Assembly: GCA_017652705.1 (NCBI GenBank)
Contig: JAGCAM010000085.1
Location: 585-64,584, forward strand
DNA: 64,000 nt
Direction of reading: 5' to 3'
Source: Kiritimatiellia bacterium
Lineage (GTDB): Bacteria > Verrucomicrobiota > Kiritimatiellia > RFP12 > UBA1067
The position numbers and the translations under genes are program-made. The first letter of the stretch is position 1. Each line of letters opens with the position of its first letter. This document shows positions 17,278 to 24,188 of this stretch, piece after piece. The notes under the pieces are model-generated. The model was not told the origin of the DNA and ran no database searches. It was given only the letters and a program-made list of their open reading frames with translations.

Positions 17278-18141
17278 TCACTTGGTCTCCTCTTCCCTGA
17301 GGATGTCAAGCACGTAGTTGGGCAGGGCGAAGGCGCCGCGGTGGAGGGCGGTGTTGTAGTAGCGCGTGGTAATGCGCAGCTTGTTCCAACGCGCCTCGTC
17401 AAGGTTGCCGATGGGATGGTACTTCTTTGAGGCGAAGCCGAAGAGCCAGTGCCCCGAAGGATAGCTGGGGATGTGACACTGGTAGACGGTGGAGACGGGG
17501 AACTCCACCGCGATATGGCGGTGGGCATCGCGCACGGAACGCTGGTGCGCCGCGTAGAACGGCGACTCGTGCTGGTTGATGAGGATGCCGTCGTCGCGCA
17601 GCGCCTTGTAGCAGGTGCCGTAGAACTCGCGGGTGAAGAAGCCTTCGGCGGGTCCGTAGGGATCGGACGAGTCGACGATGATGAGGTCGTACTCGGCTTT
17701 CTTGCCGCGCACGTATCTGAGGCCCTCCTCGAACCACACCTTCACCCGCCTGTCCTTGAGCTTCGAGGACGTGAACGGCAGAAACTTCTTCGCCAGCAGC
17801 ACAACGTGCTTGTCCACCTCCACAAGGTCGATGGACTCTATGGCGCGGTACTTGACGAGTTCGCGCACCGTGCCGCCGTCGCCGCCGCCGATCACCAGCA
17901 CGTTCTTGACCCGCGGGTGCACGGCCATCGGCACGTGGGTGATCATCTCGTGGTAGATGAATTCGTCCTTTTCGGTGATCATCAGTCCGCCATCCAGAAC
18001 CAGCACGCGGCCGTAGGCGGGCGTGTCGAAGATGTCAATCTGCTGTACAGGGCTTTTTCTGGAAACGAGCTGCTCGCTCACCTTCATTGAGAAGCGCACG
18101 TCGCGCGTATGTTCGTCGGTGTACCAGAGTTCGGTTTGCAT
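17278..18141 (-). CDS. speE: spermidine synthase / aminopropyltransferase
   Basis: VLVIGGGDGGTVREL, DLIIVDSSDPYGPAEGFFT and YPSGHW motifs; 287 aa. Confidence 0.92.
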   Translation of the reverse strand: MQTELWYTDEHTRDVRFSMKVSEQLVSRKSPVQQIDIFDTPAYGRVLVLDGGLMITEKDEFIYHEMITHVPMAVHPRVKNVLVIGGGDGGTVRELVKYRAIESIDLVEVDKHVVLLAKKFLPFTSSKLKDRRVKVWFEEGLRYVRGKKAEYDLIIVDSSDPYGPAEGFFTREFYGTCYKALRDDGILINQHESPFYAAHQRSVRDAHRHIAVEFPVSTVYQCHIPSYPSGHWLFGFASKKYHPIGNLDEARWNKLRITTRYYNTALHRGAFALPNYVLDILREEETK

Positions 18142-18189
18142 GGGAGGTTGAGTGGTTGAGTTGTTGAGCGGTTGAGGGGTTGAGGGGGG
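18142..18189. repeat. five tandem GTTGAG units (sense CTCAAC arm) between the 4-helix-bundle ORF and speE
   Basis: The plus strand reads GGGAGGTTGAGTGGTTGAGTTGTTGAGCGGTTGAGGGGTTGAGGGGGG. It exactly fills the gap between the speE ATG and the TAA of the small ORF. Confidence 0.9.
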
Positions 18190-18390
18190 TTACACTTTTT
18201 TCTGGCGGAACGGTTCGCCGGAAAGTGATTGCATGAGGCGAAAGAGCTTAACCTGCACACGTTCAAGATCGCCATATATAGCACCAAAGTCCGACGAAAA
18301 CAAGCGAGCAGCGGTCAAGGCGTAGATCTTTTTAACTATCGCCCGTCCGTCCTTCCATATCTCAATATCTTCAAACTTTCTGAATGCCAT
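18190..18390 (-). CDS. four-helix-bundle protein (23S rRNA intervening-sequence protein / Avd-like family), shortened 66-aa copy
   Basis: MAFRKFEDIEIWKDGRAIVKKIYALTA resembles the family N-terminal helix (F.DL.VW..A..L...IY). Family members as I recall are about 115-125 aa, so this copy looks internally deleted. GC is about 46% by my count against GC-rich neighbours. SD GAGGAGA is upstream. Confidence 0.5.
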   Translation of the reverse strand: MAFRKFEDIEIWKDGRAIVKKIYALTAARLFSSDFGAIYGDLERVQVKLFRLMQSLSGEPFRQKKV

Positions 18391-18413
18391 TTCTCTCCTC
18401 AACTTCTCAACGC
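18391..18413. repeat. CTCAAC repeat arm (sense GTTGAG) between the speA stop and the 4-helix-bundle ORF
   Basis: Sense strand reads TAG-GCGTTGAGAAGTTGAGGAGAGAA-ATG. It is an inverted repeat of 18142-18189. Confidence 0.85.
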
Positions 18414-19895
18414 CTACGCAAGCACATTGATGTATTCGAGCGACATGTCCTCGGTGCCGGTCATGAAGCAACCCTTCTCCTTCGCGAAGAGAATGTGCGC
18501 CAGCACGTCCGGGGTAATCCGTTCGCCGGGGGCGACGATCGGGATGCCGGGCGGGTAGCTCATCACGAACTCGCCGGCGATCTGTCCCGTGGACTCCCGC
18601 ATCGCCACGCGGCGCTTTTTCGCGTAGAACGCCTCCTGCGGGGGCATGGCGATGACGGGGTCAATGTACTCGTGGTCGAAGAGCCCGGCGGGGCTCTTCT
18701 CGCGCTGGCGCTTGATCTCCTCGAGGGCGGAGATAAGGCGCTCGACGTCCATCATCCGGTCGCCGTTGGAGATGATTGCGAGCAGGTTGCCGATGTCGCC
18801 GAACTCGATCTGGATGCCGTAGTCGTCGCGGAGGTAGTCGTAGACCTCGATGCCGGCGAGCCCGATGTCGCGGGTGTGGACGGAGAGCTTCGTGCGGTCG
18901 AAGGCGAAGACGGTGTCGCCGTTGACGAGCTCGGGGCCGAACGCGTGGTACCCGCCGAGCTCGTTGATTTCGTCGCGCGCGTAGTCCGCGAAGTCCATCG
19001 TCTGCTGGTACATCTGCTTCCCCCGGAAGAACAGATTGCGGCGCGCGATGTCCAGCGACGAAAGCAGCAGGTAGGAGGCGGAGGTCGACTGTGTGAGGGT
19101 GATGACCTGGCGGACGTAGTCCGGATTCACCGGGCGGCGCGTGAGCAGGACCGAGCTCTGCGTTAGCGAGCCGCCGGTCTTGTGGATGGACGCCGCGGAC
19201 ATGTCGCACCCGGCGGCCATCGCGGAGACCGGGAGCTCGCCGTGGAAATAGAAGTGGGTGCCGTGCGCCTCGTCCGCCAGCACCGTCATACCCGCCTCGT
19301 GGGCGATTTTGACAATCTCCACGAGGTTGGAGCAGATGCCGTAGTAGGTGGGGTTGTTGACCAGGACCGCCCTGGCGGACGGATGCTCGGCGACTGCCTT
19401 GCGGACGTCGGCGACGCTCATTCCGAGCGGGATGCCGAGCTTCCGGTTGATGCCGGGGTTGATGTACACCGGAACCGCCCCGCTGACGACCAGCGCGTTG
19501 ATGGCGCTGCGGTGGACGTTGCGCGGCATGATTATCTCGTCGCCGCTCTTGACGGTGGCCATGATCATCGCCTGCACCGCCGAGGTGGTGCCGTTGACCA
19601 TGAAGAACGCGTCGTCGGAACCGAACGCCTCCGCCGTCAGCTCCTGCGCCTCGCGGATGACGGACACCGGATGCCCGAGGTTGTCGAGGGGTTTCATGGA
19701 GTTTACGTCCATCGCCATGGCCCGTGCGCCGAGATACTCGGTAAGCTCGGGATTCCCCCGACCGCCCTTGTGGGCGGGGACGTCGAAATGCGCGAGGCGG
19801 TTGATGCGCTGCGCATCAAGAGCCTCCGCCAGCGGCACGCGCCGCTGGCGCGCCGATACCTCGTTTTCCGCTTTCGCGGATACAGAACGTGCCAT
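18414..19895 (-). CDS. speA: PLP-dependent arginine decarboxylase (Orn/Lys/Arg decarboxylase family, Bacillus SpeA-type)
   Basis: 493 aa; FMVNGTTSAVQAMI, ADEAHG and SIHKTGGSLTQSS (PLP lysine region). The operon context with speB favours arginine as substrate. Confidence 0.85.
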   Translation of the reverse strand: MARSVSAKAENEVSARQRRVPLAEALDAQRINRLAHFDVPAHKGGRGNPELTEYLGARAMAMDVNSMKPLDNLGHPVSVIREAQELTAEAFGSDDAFFMVNGTTSAVQAMIMATVKSGDEIIMPRNVHRSAINALVVSGAVPVYINPGINRKLGIPLGMSVADVRKAVAEHPSARAVLVNNPTYYGICSNLVEIVKIAHEAGMTVLADEAHGTHFYFHGELPVSAMAAGCDMSAASIHKTGGSLTQSSVLLTRRPVNPDYVRQVITLTQSTSASYLLLSSLDIARRNLFFRGKQMYQQTMDFADYARDEINELGGYHAFGPELVNGDTVFAFDRTKLSVHTRDIGLAGIEVYDYLRDDYGIQIEFGDIGNLLAIISNGDRMMDVERLISALEEIKRQREKSPAGLFDHEYIDPVIAMPPQEAFYAKKRRVAMRESTGQIAGEFVMSYPPGIPIVAPGERITPDVLAHILFAKEKGCFMTGTEDMSLEYINVLA

Positions 19896-19915
19896 TCAAT
19901 CAACCCGTTGAGTAA

Positions 19916-19966
19916 GTTAACAACAGCCCGAATTCCATACTCCCCAGAGGAGCAGTTCAAGGGTCG
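19916..19966 (-). promoter_or_regulatory. conserved 5' leader element, copy B (upstream of speA)
   Basis: Sense CGACCCTTGAACTGCTCCTCTGGGGAGTATGGAATTCGGGCTGTTGTTAAC directly follows the -10-like box. It is a paralogue of 15540-15588. Confidence 0.55.
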
Positions 19967-19970
19967 CGTA

Positions 19971-19979
19971 AGAATATCA
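19971..19979 (-). promoter_or_regulatory. candidate -10 region TGATATTCT for speA
   Basis: The minus strand reads TTGTCA-N18-TATTCT, aligned with the TGATATAAT family. Confidence 0.4.
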
Positions 19980-20031
19980 TAATCAGCCGTCTCTTGACAA
20001 GGGGGTAATTTTATTTGCCGCGTAGTTTTCA

Positions 20032-20073
20032 TTGCGGAAGTAAACGAACCAGATCGTGCATTCACTTCCGCAA
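20032..20073. repeat. 10-bp perfect inverted repeat TTGCGGAAGT...ACTTCCGCAA (22-nt spacer)
   Basis: Read directly at 20032-20041 and 20064-20073. Confidence 0.8.
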
Positions 20074-20102
20074 ACCACCGATGATTTGGAATCTGGCACC
20101 CC

Positions 20103-20139
20103 GCCACCCTTATCCCGGATTTTCCGGGATAAGGGTGGC
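20103..20139. repeat. perfect 17-bp stem / 3-nt loop hairpin
   Basis: GCCACCCTTATCCCGGA-ttt-TCCGGGATAAGGGTGGC. No flanking T/A run on either strand, so it is not a classical terminator. Confidence 0.9.
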
Positions 20140-20271
20140 ACAAAGCGTACGGCAGCCCGTGGCGGCCGCCGCGTTCCGCGAATACCATTTTTGCCGCGCT
20201 GTGTGGGAATCTGCGCGGCGGAGGTGATCCACAAGTGCACGGGGACGTTCCTATGCAACTATAGCGGCAAA

Positions 20272-20326
20272 GGGGTACCCCAAAATCGAAAAGTGGGTAC
20301 CCCAAAATCGAAAAGTGGGTACCCCC
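20272..20326. repeat. 2.5 copies of a 22-bp direct repeat, each carrying the palindrome GGGTACCC
   Basis: GGGGTACCCCAAAATCGAAAAGT / GGGTACCCCAAAATCGAAAAGT / GGGTACCCCC. Palindrome centres are 22 bp apart. Confidence 0.9.
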
Positions 20327-20677
20327 GCGAGCGGCTAAAGCCATGCGAGTGTTCTCACGCCTCTATTCTGCCCGCCCGCAACAAATTCGCCCTTCGCGTT
20401 CACCAGCTAGCGACTGCCGTCAATCAGGCCATATCTCCACGCATACACCCGATTTTTGACGGCATTTCCTGCTGAACCTCTGAGCGGCCAGGGAGCGCGA
20501 AGCTTCGGGCGCAGCGGCAGCGGAGCCTTCTTTGCAGGCCATCGGAGTTGACTTCGGGGCTGGGCGTGGACGGGTGTGCCCGTTATGCGCCACGACGGCC
20601 TGGCTGGCACGGAAATCGGCGTCGAAAATATTTTTCGGCCAATGTTTACAGGGGGATGGCGCACTTTCGGGGTAAAC

Positions 20678-20730
20678 TATCCCGTAAAAATCGGGATAAG
20701 CGTGGGCGGCCGCCGGGGTGGCGGCCGGCC
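20678..20730. repeat. degenerate second copy of the TATCCCG...CGGGATAAG hairpin plus a GGCGGCCGCC-type GC palindrome
   Basis: TATCCCG-taaaaat-CGGGATAAGCGTGGGCGGCCGCCGGGGTGGCGGCCGGCC. Compare with 20111-20175. Confidence 0.6.
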
Positions 20731-20738
20731 GAAAATAA

Positions 20739-20747
20739 TGATACAAT
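20739..20747 (+). promoter_or_regulatory. extended -10 box TGATACAAT for the PIG-L gene
   Basis: AATAATGATACAATACAC lies 29 nt before ATG 20776; SD AAAGGAG is at 20761-20767. Confidence 0.5.
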
Positions 20748-20775
20748 ACACAGAAAGAAAAAAGGAGTCCAGACA

Positions 20776-21759
20776 ATGAACATCAATCGCAGGAATTTTC
20801 TCGGGGCGGGGGCGGTGGCCGCCGCCTCAACCCTTGTCGGCGGCAAGGCTTCCGCCGGCAGCACGGTGGCCGCGACGAAACGCCGCAGGTTCGTGGGGTC
20901 GTGCCCCGGAGTGATCAACACGATCGGGCGCAGGCCTGGGCCGACGCGCATCATGGTGATCGGGGCGCACCCGGACGACGCGGACATCATCTGCGGCTGT
21001 TTTTCGCTCAAGCTGATCGAGAAGGGCTACAAGGTGAAGTTCGTCTCCATCACCGACGGGCGCATGGGGCATCAGCGGCTCACGCCCGACGAAACCGCGC
21101 GGACGCGGCGCGCCGAGACGCTCGAGGCGGCGAAGCGGTTCGGTCTCGACGGCTACGACATCTACGGCGCGCCAGACTGCGGGCTCATACCGACCTACGA
21201 ATGGCGTTGCCGGGTGGCGGCGGAAATACGCAAGTACGAGCCCGACTACATCATCACCCACCGCACCTGCGACTACCACGCAGACCACCGGGCGACAGGC
21301 ACGCTGGTGATGGACGCCGGTTACCTGCTCGGGGTGCCGCACTGGGTTCCGGAAGCGCCGGCGCAGCGGCGGCGCCCCGTCATATTCTACATGTCCGACG
21401 CGTTCACGGTGCCGAAGGAGATGCGGGCGGACGTTTTGATCGACGCGGGGCCGTATCTCGACCGGTGGTGCGAAGGGCTTGACGCCCAGGTTTCGCAGTT
21501 CTACGACTGGCTGCCGTGGGACATGGGCCGCGAAGACGAGGTGAGGGCGCTCGGCGACCGCAAGGACATCCCCCGGCGCAACGCCTATCTGAAGAAATAC
21601 TGGAGCGGGCGCAAGCGCCGCGACGCGGTGCGTTACGCCGACGCCTGGCGGGAGCAGTATCCCGGCAAGCCGGTGCCTGAGTTCGTGGAGGCGTACGAAG
21701 TATCGGAGTACGGGCGCGCGCCCAACGACGAGGACTTCCGCATTCTGATCGGTGAGTGA
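20776..21759 (+). CDS. PIG-L/LmbE-family N-acetylglucosaminyl deacetylase with TAT signal
   Basis: Twin-arginine MNINRRNFLGAGAVAAAS. IGAHPDDADI and HADH are LmbE zinc-site motifs. Confidence 0.85.
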   Translation: MNINRRNFLGAGAVAAASTLVGGKASAGSTVAATKRRRFVGSCPGVINTIGRRPGPTRIMVIGAHPDDADIICGCFSLKLIEKGYKVKFVSITDGRMGHQRLTPDETARTRRAETLEAAKRFGLDGYDIYGAPDCGLIPTYEWRCRVAAEIRKYEPDYIITHRTCDYHADHRATGTLVMDAGYLLGVPHWVPEAPAQRRRPVIFYMSDAFTVPKEMRADVLIDAGPYLDRWCEGLDAQVSQFYDWLPWDMGREDEVRALGDRKDIPRRNAYLKKYWSGRKRRDAVRYADAWREQYPGKPVPEFVEAYEVSEYGRAPNDEDFRILIGE

Positions 21760-21835
21760 CTCAGGCATAAAGGGGCCGGCCGCGTTGATCGCGGCCGCGC
21801 TTTCGCTCTTCATTCTCCGGGCGGAGGTGTTCGAG

Positions 21836-24163
21836 ATGAAGGCGCGGCCGACGATGACGCCGGTTGAATTGAATCTCGGCGACGTGTGCCGTTTCACGCT
21901 GGCAGGCGGAGGGGTGCGCACCGTCGAATACGCCGGCGGGGAATCGTCGATACTCGAAGTGCCGGCGACGGAGGGGTTGATCGCGACTTTCACGATGCGG
22001 CTCAAAGTCGACGGGGTGGAGATACCGTTCCGCCGGTATCTCGCGACGCAGGAGTCGTTTTACGAGCCGGCTGTGGTGGACGGGCTGAGGATATTCCCCG
22101 ATTCGACGCTCGAATATCTCACCAATGCGGTGCCGATGCGGTACCCGTCGTCCGGGGCGATGCGGCATCATCCCTGGAAAGACTGCCGCGTCGTGCTGCA
22201 GGACGCGACGCTGAAGCTGTGCCCGGAGCGGCTGCACCCGTGGTTCGACGACGGGCGGTGGAAGAAACTGTTCATACCGATCGGCGACTGCTACCACGGC
22301 GGCGACTGCTGGCTGGGCCCGTTCGCCTACGGGCAGGCGCACGGCGGGCTGGACATACGGATGAAGCAGGGGTCGCTGCTCTACGCGCCGTTCGCGATGG
22401 ACGACCAGTGGATGGCGCTTTACGCGAAGAAGGGGCGCGGCGGCAATTCACGGTGGCGCGGGGTGCGGCGCTGGAGCGACGGCACGCTGTGGTCGGTGAA
22501 CACCAGCCACGTGATCGACCCGGTGGTGGCGGAGCGCACGGCGGTGACGAACGGCCAGGCGTACTGCACGGCGGCGGGCACCGCCACCGGTGAATACGAC
22601 CACACCCATTTCGAACTTCACATCTGCCGCGACCCGAATTGCGAGATGCCGGAATGGGACGCCGGCTGGGGCGAATGCGCGGAAGTGAAGAACGACTGCC
22701 CGCGCGGGCAGCCGGAATTCTACAATCTCGACCCGTGGACGCTGTTCTGGCAGACGTTCGTGCAGTTGCGCGACGAGCGGGGGCTGCCGGCGGCGGAGAT
22801 CGCGCCGTTCGGCCCGGCGAAGACGGGCGAACGCGTGAGGTTCCGTTCGGCGCGGGCGGTGCCGGAGGGCCGCTTCGCGGTGTGGACGTTCAACGACGGT
22901 ACGATGCACGTCGGGGGCGAGGCGGAGCACGTTTTCGCGACGGCGGGGGTCTACACGGTGACGCTGGTGGTTAGCGACGGGCGCGGCGAGCGCGCGCGGG
23001 ACGTCGCGCTCATAACGGTTTCGGGGGAGCCGGCCGCGGGGCCGCTGCCGGGCGCGGCGGCCGACGACGTGTCTTTCGTCGAACTCAGGCCCGGCGATCT
23101 GCCGGCCTGGGGCGAACTGGTTAGGTTCGACCCGCATTCCGTGGGGCGCGAGTCGGAACTGCGGTTTTTCGACCGCGCCGGCGGCGGGCGCCTCGAACCC
23201 ACGGAGGTGAAGCGGGAGGCACTGCCCGGCGGCGTGGTGCGCGTCGTTTACGCGGCGGCCGGCGGCGGAGAGACGGTCGAGGCGCTGGTGAGAAAAAGAC
23301 CTGGCAACCCCGGCAGAATGCGCGACGCGGAGTTCATCCTTGCCATCGGCGACGCGGACGGTTATTTCCACACGCCGTGCTTCTGGGTGCAGCATCATTT
23401 CGACTGCAAGCGCCGCTGGTACGAGACGAACGGCGCCCGGCGCGAGCGCGGGCAGTTCGTGCGCTTTCAGCCGCGGCTGCGGGCGGGCAGGTGGCGGATT
23501 GAGGAGACATTCTACGCGACCCACGCGCCGGGGGCCTCCTACGTCGCGAAGGTGAGGGCGAAAGACGGGGAACACCGCGTCAGGGTGTCGCCGCTGAAAA
23601 ACAGGCTCATCGGCGAATACGACTTCGATGAAAGCGAGGGGTGGGTGCAGATCGACGCCGAAGACTCGACGGGGCCGGTTTACGTGGGCGCGCTCAAGTT
23701 CACGCCGGTCAAACTGCTGCCGCCGCGGTACATAACGGCGGAGCGCGAGAAGGAACTGCGGGCGGAGAGGGAATCGCTGATCGGGGAGATACGGCGCCTC
23801 GCGAAGACTGCCGAGTTCACGCCGCTGTCGCCGCCGCGGCCGAAGGACTGGCTGCCGGCGGTGCGCGCCGTCGGGAACCTCCAGATCGGCGGTTCGACCG
23901 CGCAGATTCTGTTTCAGCAGCTTACCGAAACCGCGGAACAGTGGCGCACCCTGCCGGGAGGAACCGAGGAATGGCGGGAGTTCTCGGGCTGGCTGTACAC
24001 GCGGTGCTGGCATCTCGGCCTGAAAACGCGGTGGGACGCGATTCTCAAAAAACCGACGTCGCCTGACGCCGCGCCGCTTTCGCCGCTCGGCGCGCGGATG
24101 AAAGACCTCGCCGGGCGCCTGGCCGCGGCGACCGACGAACTGCAGGGGGTTTCTCAGCGATGA
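21836..24163 (+). CDS. large protein with M23 (LytM-type) peptidase-like motifs, a PKD domain and an uncharacterised C-terminal half
   Basis: AHGGLDI (HxxxD) and DHTHFELH (HxH). A PKD-like segment reads WTFNDGTMHVGGEAEHVFATAGVYTVTLVVSDGRG. ATG 21836 has GGAGGTG 8 nt upstream. No obvious signal peptide. Confidence 0.65.
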   Translation: MKARPTMTPVELNLGDVCRFTLAGGGVRTVEYAGGESSILEVPATEGLIATFTMRLKVDGVEIPFRRYLATQESFYEPAVVDGLRIFPDSTLEYLTNAVPMRYPSSGAMRHHPWKDCRVVLQDATLKLCPERLHPWFDDGRWKKLFIPIGDCYHGGDCWLGPFAYGQAHGGLDIRMKQGSLLYAPFAMDDQWMALYAKKGRGGNSRWRGVRRWSDGTLWSVNTSHVIDPVVAERTAVTNGQAYCTAAGTATGEYDHTHFELHICRDPNCEMPEWDAGWGECAEVKNDCPRGQPEFYNLDPWTLFWQTFVQLRDERGLPAAEIAPFGPAKTGERVRFRSARAVPEGRFAVWTFNDGTMHVGGEAEHVFATAGVYTVTLVVSDGRGERARDVALITVSGEPAAGPLPGAAADDVSFVELRPGDLPAWGELVRFDPHSVGRESELRFFDRAGGGRLEPTEVKREALPGGVVRVVYAAAGGGETVEALVRKRPGNPGRMRDAEFILAIGDADGYFHTPCFWVQHHFDCKRRWYETNGARRERGQFVRFQPRLRAGRWRIEETFYATHAPGASYVAKVRAKDGEHRVRVSPLKNRLIGEYDFDESEGWVQIDAEDSTGPVYVGALKFTPVKLLPPRYITAEREKELRAERESLIGEIRRLAKTAEFTPLSPPRPKDWLPAVRAVGNLQIGGSTAQILFQQLTETAEQWRTLPGGTEEWREFSGWLYTRCWHLGLKTRWDAILKKPTSPDAAPLSPLGARMKDLAGRLAAATDELQGVSQR

Positions 24164-24188
24164 AAAAAAACACTTCAAGGAGGATGAA

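Noticed and set aside
18190-18390. 4-helix-bundle ORF as the Avd component of a diversity-generating retroelement
   Set aside because: There is no reverse transcriptase, no template/variable repeat pair and no target gene with a C-terminal variable region in the window, and the ORF is truncated.
20272-20326. Possible miniature CRISPR array
   Set aside because: The period is only 22 bp, the 'spacers' are identical, there are only 2.5 units, and no cas genes are present. It is a tandem repeat/operator-like array, not a CRISPR.
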